DNA of 64,000 bases. Source: Hydrurus foetidus (Eukaryota). The stretch's first letter is position 1; every line of letters begins with the position of its first letter. The stretch lies in assembly GCA_900617105.1 (NCBI GenBank), contig UYFQ01000340.1:1-64000 (forward strand), written 5' to 3'. Made by a program: the position numbers and the translations under genes. The notes under the pieces are model-generated. The model did no database searches. It saw only the letters and a program-made list of their open reading frames with translations, and was not told the DNA's origin. Of the stretch, positions 1-10,073 are shown piece by piece.

Positions 1-866
1 TGGGAGATTCTCATGGAAAAGATTGAAAAATTCCCCGCCAAAATTCAGATTTCGATCAGAAAATTCGGTCATTGATGATGGAAAGTAGAACCCATCTTGT
101 ATCAGAGCCATCACTGTGGCATGTATTTTTGTGTGGCCTCACTCCAACGCACTTGAAAATGGAGCAATCATGATCACAAAGTGTACCACTCTACGATGAG
201 TTCGTCCACTTTGTTTCAACAAAATCCTGGTAAGTGATCTTTATTTTTAAGTTATCGAAAGATGGTGACTGATGACAAGTGACTGGTGAACAAGAATCTA
301 GTGCCTTGTGATGTCCCTTCGCTTTTACTCACACCCCCATCTCCCATGAAATTCAGTAGTATGCAGGCTGAACTAGACAGTTAAACTAAACTATTTCCTT
401 ATTGCAGGAGGTTCTCTTGAAGAATGTTCCACATGAATCTTCTCCTTACCAGAAGTTCTAGAATCAGGATCCAAGATTTTTCTCAATTGATTTAAGTCGA
501 AGAAAAAAGAATGAAGTGATGATTGATTGGAAATTAGGGTGGAAAAGAATAACAGCATCATCAATGTTTAACTGACAAGAAGCGGCGAGTTCTATTCTTA
601 TTCCCATCATCTCATCACGCAGTTGACGGGGATGGTCTCGTCTTTCTTTGTTTCTTTCTTCGTCTGTCTGCATCTGATAATAATGTTGTGTACCATTCCT
701 GATCCATCTTGCCGATTAAAATCAGCCCAACTAGATTCAATTTCACTCAATATCCACGTCAGCGAAGTTTAGTTCATCAGTTAAAATCTCCGCGGATTTG
801 ATTCTCCCTCTTTTTCTTCATGGCCCTTTCATCTCTTCCGTACTGGACTGTTGACTGGTATTTTAC

Positions 867-2763
867 TCAATAACGAGCACCTCCGGCAGAGTAGCCTGTA
901 AACGAATGAATAAGTTAAAAAATGAAGGTGTTCGTATCAGTTGATGGTTCAGCGAAAGAGGTATGTTACTGCAACACGTCATATCATCGATCATTTCTGA
1001 ATCACAGGCGTATAAGAATGAGGCAACGCGGGAAAGAAGAAGAAGCTGTCAGTGTCATTACAGCAGCTTCTCACTAACTCACCTCCTCCACCCCCCTGGT
1101 AGCCTCCTCCTCCATTAGAGTATCCTCCTCCTCCATTAGAGTATCCTCCTCCTCCTCCTCTGTCCCCCCCATATCCACCCCCTCCACTTCTACGATCTCC
1201 TCCCCCTCCTTGATAGCCCCCTCCGCCTCCTCGGTCCTGGTATCCCCCTCCACCTCGAGAGTCACCGTAACCTACGAAACAATAAATGAGAGAGGGGATA
1301 ACAGGAGATGTGGTGTATAGCGAAGAGGATGAGGTCAATTGAGAGGGCTGTATACCATAGGGCAATTGTTAAGGCTACAGTGCTATTCACCACAACACAA
1401 TGTGATAGCCCCACATACGCATAAAATCACGTAAAAGGGCTATCACGTTCCATAACTTACAGCCTTAACACCGTGTCATCACATACGCACCTCCACTTCC
1501 TCCTCCTTGGTATCCTCCCCCTCCGCCACCCCCGTAGCCTCCGCCTCCTCCTCCTAAGAATGATAATGACGTCACCAATCAGAATTACGTCATCGCATCG
1601 AGTAGAATTCGATAGTTCAGAATAAGATACCGAATTCGTCTTCTCCTATAGATTATTGACTATAAGACAAGAAGGAGGAAGACACCACCCTATGTTCATC
1701 TCCCCCTATATCGCTCCTACATCTTTCCTATCTTTTTGTTTATTATTTCCTAGGCCTCACCTCCGCCTCCGCCTCCTCCACTGTCGTGGGAGAATCTGCA
1801 TCCCGATCCGCGGTTGCACTCCCCCTTCTGGTACGCGTAGCACGCACCGGCACCGCCTCCTCCTCCGCCTCCTCCCTGATATCCTCCTCCTCCGCTTTTA
1901 TCACCGTAGCCTACACAGGGAAGTTGGCATTGAGATATGTAAATGCTCTTGCTTATGCTGAGGAATTGGAGTGAGGGGAGTCGTCTGAAAGGGGCTGATC
2001 TCACCTCCTCCACCTCTGCCTCCCATCGGGCCTCTTGAAGCGCCTTGTCCGCGGGGGGTGGATCGGTCAATGCGAATAGCGCGCCCTTGCAGTTCCTAGG
2101 AAACAAGAACATGCTGCGGTAACGGGCCATGCAAAAAACACGCGGGAAGTGTGGTATTTTCATGTAAAAGTTAGACCTCTCCGTTCAGCTTCTTGAGTGC
2201 CTCCTCGGCGTCACGAATGTCGGCGAATGAGATAAAGGCAAACCCCCTTGATCTTCCAGTGTCTCTATCCATAACGATCTTCGCATCAGTAACTGTGCCA
2301 AAACGACCGAACGCGTCTCTCAAGTCGTCATCAGTTGTCTAAGTCATTTTCATTTCACGTTTACGAGGTAGTCACCATTATTCACAATCAGACAACCAGC
2401 GAAGTAGGAAACACAGAAGCTGAGTTCCGGGTCTTCGAGTTGTTAGGCTTCATTTCATGAACGCATTTTCTGCACTTTTCGGTCGACATTTAACATGTCT
2501 CTCAGAATTTTCCCCGGACTAGTTTACAATGAGATGAGATTCACAGCAACCTAAATTTTTCTTTTACAACTTCTAGGTGGATATCTTGCCTCAAAACTCA
2601 GGTTGCCGACGAATAATTTTGATTCTTCGCCACCAGCACCTCCTCCACCTCCTCCAGATGCACCGTTATCCCTGGACCTGGATCGGTCACGTGTGCGATC
2701 ACCGCCATCGGTGCGCTCCTGATTTCTTCCGTCACGGTCACCATCTCTTCCAGTGTCTGACAT
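867..2763 (-). CDS. Glycine-rich RNA-binding protein: N-terminal RD/RS-rich stretch, one RRM, CCCH zinc finger, G/Y/R-rich low-complexity tail; 6 exons (approx. 2763-2590, 2338-2177, 2096-2005, 1910-1761, then ~1553-1491 and ~1271-1083 Gly-rich exons and a last exon 895-867; 7 segments if all are used)
   Basis: Manual splicing gives RNP2 KLFVGNLSFE|TTDDDLRDAFGRFGTVTDAKIVMDRDTG, RNP1 RSRGFAFISF, then ELQGRAIRID and the finger CYAYQKGECNRGSGCRFSH (C-x7-C-x5-C-x3-H). GGGGY repeats follow; terminal exon reads ...YSAGGARY-TGA. First intron has a GC donor. Confidence 0.9.
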
Positions 2764-3144
2764 AATTAATTTTCGATTGATAAAATCGGTATGATCCGTT
2801 GAGTGCCTTTGGAGAGGTTCTAGATGACACTTTACAGCTCGAGCTGTCTCTCTCTCTCTTGACTTGTGTGCAGGCTAGTACCAGTGCCGGTAATAACGCG
2901 GTTTCGGTAAAAATGCCGTTAGGCCAAACCTTATAGCGCACCGGATCACACATTTTTAATCGAAAATTCGTCATCCTGCCAACTTTCAGACCCATATAGC
3001 GCCTCGGAATCGTATTTTGAATTTCGTATTGACTGATTTCAACAATTCGTAACGAGATATGGGGCACTTCTTCGTAATCCAATTCTCGTTTTGGATGACG
3101 ATATTGAGATTACATTCAAATCACATTCAAACACCAATATCTCA

Positions 3145-4859
3145 ATGGCGGCAACAAAGCGCCAGTTGCTGGTCGTCAGATCCAAACAGTTCTTGTTGAT
3201 TGCCCGAGCGGGCATGTCAATTCCATCATATGAAATGTCGCTCGGGCAAATCCAAGACAAAATGATGACGCAAATGCATAGTCATGTATCATCCTTCATC
3301 CAGCCGGCTTCCATACGCCTTTTGAACAAAGACAAATACCTTCGGACCTGCAAATTTATGAATCCTAGCGTCGAAGTGGATGATGAGCACACGGGCATCA
3401 GTTTATGGAGGAAATACGCCGATATCAAAAAATATGTTACCAATAGCATTACTCCCTTCTATTTCAAATGTCTGGGGAAGGATGGTCTTATTCCTTCGGG
3501 AAAATCAAAGGAGGAGATTCTATACAAGACTCGGGAGTTGCTGTTCAAGTCTGAACAGGAAGCTGCGAAGAGCCGTTCGAAGAATCCTAGAGGATACGTC
3601 GTGAAAGAATTCTCCCCTGATTGGTATCCTACAGAATGGGAAGTGTTTCTTTTGTATGGAGCAGCTTCAGAGAAGCCTGATAAAGCCTTCTACATGGAGT
3701 AAGTTGATGTCTGCTTATTTTAATTCTTAGATACATTGCTAATGATAATTGTACGTCATCAGGAAGTCCTCTGGTCCATCGTCTCTATCCTCCTCCTCCC
3801 AAAATCAACCGACCAAGTCTCAGAATCGCAAGACTCAAAGACATTTGCAGAGGAAAGAAGAGCTCCAAAAGATTAATGTGGAGCTCAAGAAACCATCCAA
3901 GCATGACCAACTTATCGATCAAGAGTCGAAAGTCAGTGCCAACAACTTGGCCATCAACAAGGCAATGGTGGAGCTGAAGTTGAGACAACAGGTAAATTTT
4001 ATAATCGAATACAACTAAATCACACTTTAATTCATTGTATTTTCTTCCGCAGAGAATCCTGGAGCTTGAGAAGTTGCTGAGCCTGGAGTTCTTGCCGGAT
4101 CTGGACCGAGGACCATTGCAAGATGAATACATGAATTATTTAATGAATGGCGGACCCGGTATTCAAAATTATCAGCCAATCAGGGAAGATCCACCTGAAG
4201 CTGAGACAGAAGTACCTATTGCAACAGTCCTTAGTGATGTGGAGGAGCCCAATCCCATGGATACTAGCACCCAGTCCATCACCTCTCGCATAACATTAGA
4301 GAAGTATAACACAGACGCAGACACGGATGAGGATGACAATGCGGGAGAGGAGGGAGGCGAGGGGGATAACGGAGAGGAGGATGAGAATGGAGAGAACCTA
4401 GAAGAGAATGAGAGTGAGGAGAACAAAGATGAGGCAGCTGACGAAGATGAGGGAGAATCTGGAAAGAGATGGGAAGATGATGGCGAAGACGAAGAAGAGA
4501 AGGAGATGATTGAGAAGGAGAAAAGCTATGGAACCATTAGAACCAACCCATCGAAGTCAAGGAATGCTGTCTTTACTCCAAGTGAGCCTACACAAGACTC
4601 TTCTGAAACCTCCTATGAAATGTTCGAACGCCGTCAAAGTCAGGTTCCAATCACAAGACCTTTCGTATCCCGAAACACTTCCTCCTCTTCATCTTCTTCG
4701 TCGAGTTCATCTTCTGCTACAAGTGTTGAATCCGGAAGGGTGACAAGAGGCTCGGCCACCAAGAGATCAAAGGGCGAGGTCAACGTTACTGTGGAAGAGG
4801 AAGATAATGAGGACTATTTCTCGGTGCCAAAAAGGGCAAAAAGGGGAAGAAATAATTGA
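3145..4859 (+). CDS. Harbinger accessory protein (ORF2; by family expectation a Myb/SANT-like DNA-binding partner), 3 exons 3145-3698, 3763-3991, 4053-4859, with acidic region and basic NLS-like C-terminus
   Basis: GT-AG introns join the three track ORFs in frame (GA|G AAG; CAG|AGA). Lies inside the Harbinger TIRs. Helical LWRKYADIKKY motif; ends PKRAKRGRNN. The Myb assignment is inference and the start ATG is uncertain. Confidence 0.75.
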
Positions 4860-5047
4860 ATTTCATATCAAATGATGTCTTTTAAATTACAATTGTATGT
4901 CACATGATATCAATAAATATTTACAGAATGTTAAATGAGCTTATATTCGACGTAGGAGGTAAATTTGTTTTTTTTTTAAAATCAGTGATCAGGATTCAGT
5001 GATTCGTTAACGGATTTTCAAATTACTTAAATTATAAAAAGTTATTT

Positions 5048-6499
5048 TTAAACACATTTCTTCTTTAACCACTTCACATCATTGATTGAATGTTTATAGG
5101 CAAAGTGATCTACCAATTTCTTATTTAATTGACTATAAGAAGTTTCATATTCTTCCACTTCGTCTCCATGTGAAAATTCGAAAATATCTCTGTTACGTTC
5201 TACTCCTATATAACTGTAATCACTAATGGATGTTAAATTTCTAACTCTGCTCAAATGCTGACGAAAAATAAACATATCTTCTGCAGCATGTTCACCATCT
5301 CTACCAGCATAATTAACATCTTTTTCCCAACGCACATCCAGACCATCAAATGTAAGTAATAAATTATGAAAGATACAGCAAGTGAAGAACATATTATCAA
5401 CTACATCTCTTGTATTATAAAATATAGGTACTTTTAAACAACGAAATCTACCTTTTAATGAACCAAATGTACACTCAACATCTTTCCGCACTGACTCAGC
5501 CCATTCGCTCCACAGAGCTTCTTTTTTAATAGCTGAGTGTCTCAACGGACACTGAAGACACCTCCACTTATGATACCCTCCATCAACAAGAAGATAACAT
5601 CCCTTCTCCAGATATTCTTCTCCATTTTCTTTGCACATCTTGTATCTCACATTCGAATAAAGATCTTCGTCATGAATTGCTGAAACAAATCCATCAAAAC
5701 GAACAATCGTTTTGTCATTTTTCGCTCCAGGAAATCCTTTCGTAGCAGAAATAATTTTAGAGGTATGATCGACAGTAACCTCATATGATATTGTTGGGTA
5801 ACCCTCCTTCCCTTTGTGTAAAGATCTATCTCCCACTGGACACCTTTCCCATCGGATATGAACACAGTCTGTACTGCCAATACATCCAGGGAAACCCAAT
5901 CTATCGTAGACGCTTAAAGTCCTGTTAACCTCATCATCAGTCAAAGGTGCGTTGCAGTAAATCTCGAAATATTTCTTTGAAAAGAGAGAGCAGAAAGAGT
6001 GAAAGAAAATCCTGTTGCATTCAGCACTGATAAAGGAAAGCTCCTCAATTCCATCGAAACAATAACCTCTACCCAGAACACGTAAAACTCCAAGAATTTT
6101 AAGCTCTAACGGAGCACCTCTTCTACCAGACGCATCTCCTCTCTCCGTAAACCAATTGTTCTCTCTCGTAAGTGCAACTATTCTTTCGAATAGAGGAAAA
6201 GGAACCCGAAAGCGAAGTCTAAATAGAACTCCACCTTTCCTATCACCAGGATCACGAGTTCTCGGATTAAGAAGCATTCTCCCCCAGGTTGAATACTCGT
6301 ACATTGGACGGTCCTCTGACTTTCGCATACGGAAGACTATCATCTTATACTTGCTATCATTGACTTCCTCATCATCGTAAGGATTCATAGCTAACATTTT
6401 GCGACGTTTAGCGGATGCCTCTTCCGCTAGATTAATTGCATACATGACCGCCGCAGAGTTAGCATACTCGTTCACCATAGAGTATTCAGAGTCGTACAT
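5048..6499 (-). CDS. Harbinger/PIF (IS5-like) DDE transposase, 483 aa, uninterrupted
   Basis: Motifs FRLRFRVPFPLF, GFPGCIGSTDCVHI (D1), LLVDGGY (D2), RKDVECTFGSLKGRF (E, 35 residues after D2), CCIFHN. Confidence 0.93.
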   Translation of the reverse strand: MYDSEYSMVNEYANSAAVMYAINLAEEASAKRRKMLAMNPYDDEEVNDSKYKMIVFRMRKSEDRPMYEYSTWGRMLLNPRTRDPGDRKGGVLFRLRFRVPFPLFERIVALTRENNWFTERGDASGRRGAPLELKILGVLRVLGRGYCFDGIEELSFISAECNRIFFHSFCSLFSKKYFEIYCNAPLTDDEVNRTLSVYDRLGFPGCIGSTDCVHIRWERCPVGDRSLHKGKEGYPTISYEVTVDHTSKIISATKGFPGAKNDKTIVRFDGFVSAIHDEDLYSNVRYKMCKENGEEYLEKGCYLLVDGGYHKWRCLQCPLRHSAIKKEALWSEWAESVRKDVECTFGSLKGRFRCLKVPIFYNTRDVVDNMFFTCCIFHNLLLTFDGLDVRWEKDVNYAGRDGEHAAEDMFIFRQHLSRVRNLTSISDYSYIGVERNRDIFEFSHGDEVEEYETSYSQLNKKLVDHFAYKHSINDVKWLKKKCV

Positions 6500-6601
6500 T
6501 TTGTCTGCTGAAGGTTACTTTTAACGAAGTAGAAATTGTGTCGAGGTTTGACTTATAGCCAACCTTTCGAAGACTTTCAGAAACAAGTAATTCAGAAAAA
6601 T

Positions 6602-6691
6602 GTTTCAGTGATCCTTATAAGGGCTACAAAAAGCCAAAACGAATTTTAAAATACAGATTTTAGGATTTCGTTTCAGTGATCCTTATAAGGG
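6602..6691. repeat. Harbinger subterminal direct repeat (GTTTCAGTGATCCTTATAAGGG x2)
   Basis: Identical 22-mers at 6602-6623 and 6670-6691. Core TCAGTGAT also occurs twice near 4982-5003. Confidence 0.7.
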
Positions 6692-6898
6692 TCAGCCCGG
6701 GGTCAATCACCAATACGGATTGTTGATCACGATTTTTTTGAAATCCGTATTCCGTAATCGGTGCGCTTTAAGGTTTGGCCTTATTCGACCCGGCAGGTCC
6801 GATAGATATCTCTCCAAATTCTCCATGAAAAAGTTTTTTTATCCCTCAGGGCGGCGGAGTGCTGTCTAGAATAAGCACGTCATCCCCTCCGGCAAAAT

Positions 6899-9507
6899 CC
6901 AGTGGTGGACATAATTCGGGCCATGGACATAATTCGAGCCATGGACCTCGAAAATCGATCCGTTTGCCAACTGTGATTTTCAAATATAATTCAATCTAGC
7001 AGTTTGCATGACAGTGTATCATCACTTCAAATTGTCATGGTAGATAGATCACAATACAGACTACACGCTGCGATCGTCTGAGTTGATCTGCTTTTAATTT
7101 GCTTCTGGGATCTCGTCTGCGATGGGTGACTTTGTTGATCCTACGAGCAATGTTCAAACACTATTTCTGACACGATTCCAAGACCTGTCGGAATGGTTAT
7201 TTTGCGGATCAGACATCAAATCTCTATGCAAAAGCTTCTTGGAGACGGGACTATCGGTGTTCGAGTTTTCTAAACGTTATTCGTTACCTTATTCAACGAT
7301 GAAGCGATATGTGCAGAGATATAGGATCTGGAAGACAACTGGTGTTGACCGTATTCATGATGCTAGGGCAGGTAGACCACCAAATCTGGACGATACAGCA
7401 ATCGTGAACATAAGGAAGCATTTGAGGGAGAATATGGCCGCTCAAACATGTCAAAACTCCATGCTCCAAAACTTTCACTTGATAGCTGAGAACCAAGCTT
7501 GTGAGACGAAGAAAAGACGAGGTTTAGCCGGTGCAGATGTGAGGCTTTCCAAAAAGACCATCAAAAGAATCAAAGTCGGGAACTCTTTCGTTGAAGTGCA
7601 GTGTCAATTCAAGACACATGCACGTTCATTTGCTGAAAGCGATGTGAGAAACTTATACTCCTTCGCTATTATGAACGCTGCATTCCTTTCCTCGACTGTT
7701 GCTGCGATGTGTTTTAACTGGGATGCAACTCAGTACTGCATCAACCCTGAAGGTCATGCAACGATCGTGAAATGCAAGGGTGACAATGATATGCCGGCGA
7801 CAGCACTTAGCGATGGTGGTTTAGGATTTGCAATTAAATACTATCATTTTCACAACGCAAACGGCGACTTGGCACCTGCCGTTTTTATTGTTGCCGATGA
7901 TACTATGGGAGTCGATGACTTTTTCTTCGAGGAGGTGGTTGGTCTTTCTCACACTCAAATCGTTGGTGCTTTTGGGTATCTTGTATTCACGAAGACAAGA
8001 AACTGCAATGCGGCATTCTATCGCTGGTACGCGAATTTTATTGTTGCTCCATTTGTCGACGCATGTCGAGATAGCCATGAGTGCAACTATCCTGACGGTA
8101 CACCCATGAGGGCGTTCGTTGTGTGCGACGGGGAACCATCTCAGATACAAATCTTTCAGGAAGAGTTTATTTTGGATCTTATGAGGGATACACTAATCGA
8201 CTTCGGGAAGAGTCCAGCTTCATGCAGCGCCATCACACAATCAAGCGATGACAGCGACTTCTTCAAGGCATCAAAAAAAGCTGGTGAGGATTAGGGAGAC
8301 AGATTACATCAGTCAAAGTTTAAATACAAGATTGAACAATATCATATCGTCAAGATTAGATGCTGATAACCAGCCTCGGATGACAAGCGCAAAGAAGTCA
8401 TTGATATGCAACGCTTTACAGCAAGTGGTATACAGCATCAAGCATGTCCTCACGCCGGAGATTGTAAAGCAAGGATACAGGCGCATAGGACAATTTCCAG
8501 TTTCTTTTCGCACATCAATTGGACGGTGCACTCGACAAGTAACAGCACGGGACATGGACTTGATGGAGAGAGAATTACCAGCCATGGTCGAGATCTTCCG
8601 GACGACGGGGAAAATCACAGAAGCACAGATGGACGCTGCAGGAATACCCAGTGTCAACTCTGAATCAACAAACAGTAAGCCCAAGGATGAGAGACCTATG
8701 CACCAGCAACGATCAATAATCATGAACTCGGCCGATTGCATTCTACAGTACAGAGCTCATGTTGAACGCCGGGATGCTGAACCAGCTCGTCGAGCACAGG
8801 CGCTAGAGCAACGTGAAGCAGCTAAGATTGTGCGAGAGAGAAAAGCAGAGGAGGTCAGAATTCGCAGGGAAGCAAAGGTAACTAAGAAGCAAAGACGAGC
8901 TAATCTTACTCCGGAAGAAGTGAAGGCTGAGGCCAAGGCCAAGAGGCTAGCAAACAAGCTGGCAAAGCAGGCTGCAAGCATCCAACATGACGTGAACATT
9001 CCTGAGCAAGCGGAAATCAACTCTGATGACGCTTTGGATGATGACCTGTTTGATGATGACGAAATCGATAATATCTGCGATCGCTCTTTTGATTTATGAA
9101 TGTTTTATATTTTGTACGCATCCTTTCTCGTGTTTGACTGCCAACCGCCACTCCACACAAACTGTTCTTGTTCGACTCACATATAATCTAAACCGCGCGG
9201 AATTTTCTAAACCCAAGATTTTAAAAGGAATATAATTTCTTGACCTCCAATTTCTCAGCCAGAATCAATAGAGGAATCGCCTTCTCCAGCCTCCCTGATG
9301 ATTGCCAAAGTCAGCGATTGATTCGCATTCGCAGCTGAAAATACTGCCAACCATTCTCGTCCTAACGTGCTGATCAGATTTGAAAATGAATGTGGAGTCG
9401 TTGAGATATGTTCAGTGAAGTGTTGTGAGTTGAGTAGTCTGACCAGGATTTTTTTCGAGGTCCATGGCTCGAATTATGTCCATGGCCCGAATTATGTCCA
9501 CCACTGG
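6899..9507 (+). mobile_element. pogo-like (IS630-Tc1-mariner) DNA transposon nested in the Zator left subterminal region (2609 bp)
   Basis: Perfect 56-bp TIRs (6899-6954 / 9452-9507) starting CCAGTGG, each with an 18-bp internal tandem GGACATAATTCG(G/A)GCCAT. Flanked by AAAT at 6895-6898 and 9508-9511. Confidence 0.9.
7122..9099 (+). pseudogene. pogo/DDE_1-like transposase (~660 aa if joined) split by one +1 frameshift in an A7 run at 8273-8279
   Basis: N-terminal HTH-like FSKRYSLPYSTMKRY...GRPP. FNWDATQ (D1), VVCDGE (D2), PASCSAITQSSD..FFK (D3, 39 residues after D2), IVKQGYRRIGQFP. Charged helical C-terminus. Deleting one A fuses ORFs 7122-8294 and 8248-9099. Confidence 0.8.
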
Positions 9508-10073
9508 AAATCACGATTTTTTTGGGGAGACACGAAACTTCACCAGACAACCATATATATAGATAGAGCTGTCGGCTAGGCATGTGCGTTGCTCATCTAG
9601 CACGTTGGGCACTCATATTTAGGTCAGTAATTCAAGTTTTGGAAAAGTTTCAGGATTTTTGGTCTTAAAATGAACTGAAAAACACTTTTTGATGCGTAAA
9701 AATAAGAGATTCCACTGTTGAAATATCCTGAGTTAACGTCAAGTGAATGCATCCACACCTCATTTTGCTCATAATTTATATTTGCGAAGCATGCACAGGC
9801 AGTTCTTCCATATTCTGGGGAAATTTTAGATTTTCTTCTCAAAAAAAGACTTCCTGGAAAAAAAAAGCAGAAAAATGATTATCACTGCAATCAGATTTTC
9901 GAAAGGAACCCAGATCGCCACCGTTTTTTCGATTTTTCTCCTTAAATAAAGGTCTGATCGTGATTCTGAGCGTATTTCTGATATTGTTCAGTTTTCTATT
10001 TTTTGGGGTGAGGAGATCCCTGGACCTGGAAAATTTAAATTCCTGCCCGACCGGAACCAGGACCGTAATTAAA

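Larger units (their letters stand above)
2922..6780. mobile_element. PIF/Harbinger DNA transposon, apparently intact and autonomous (3859 bp)
   Basis: TIRs GGCCAAACCTTA(T/A)AGCGCACCG at 2922 and ending 6780 (one mismatch in ~22 bp). TTA TSD at 2919-2921 and 6781-6783. Two convergent genes: transposase plus accessory ORF. Confidence 0.95.

Noticed and set aside
93..110. CA-TC-TTGTATCAGAGCCA resembling an initiator-Met PBS after an LTR end
   Set aside because: One mismatch to TGGTATCAGAGC, and no gag ORF or partner LTR is visible; cannot be supported.
464..673. 69-aa minus-strand ORF and nearby splice-like signals (230, 407)
   Set aside because: No recognisable motif or coherent gene model within the window.
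8273..8280. A-AAA-AAG as a programmed -1 frameshift site
   Set aside because: The heptamer is not in the upstream reading frame, and a +1 shift is what is needed.
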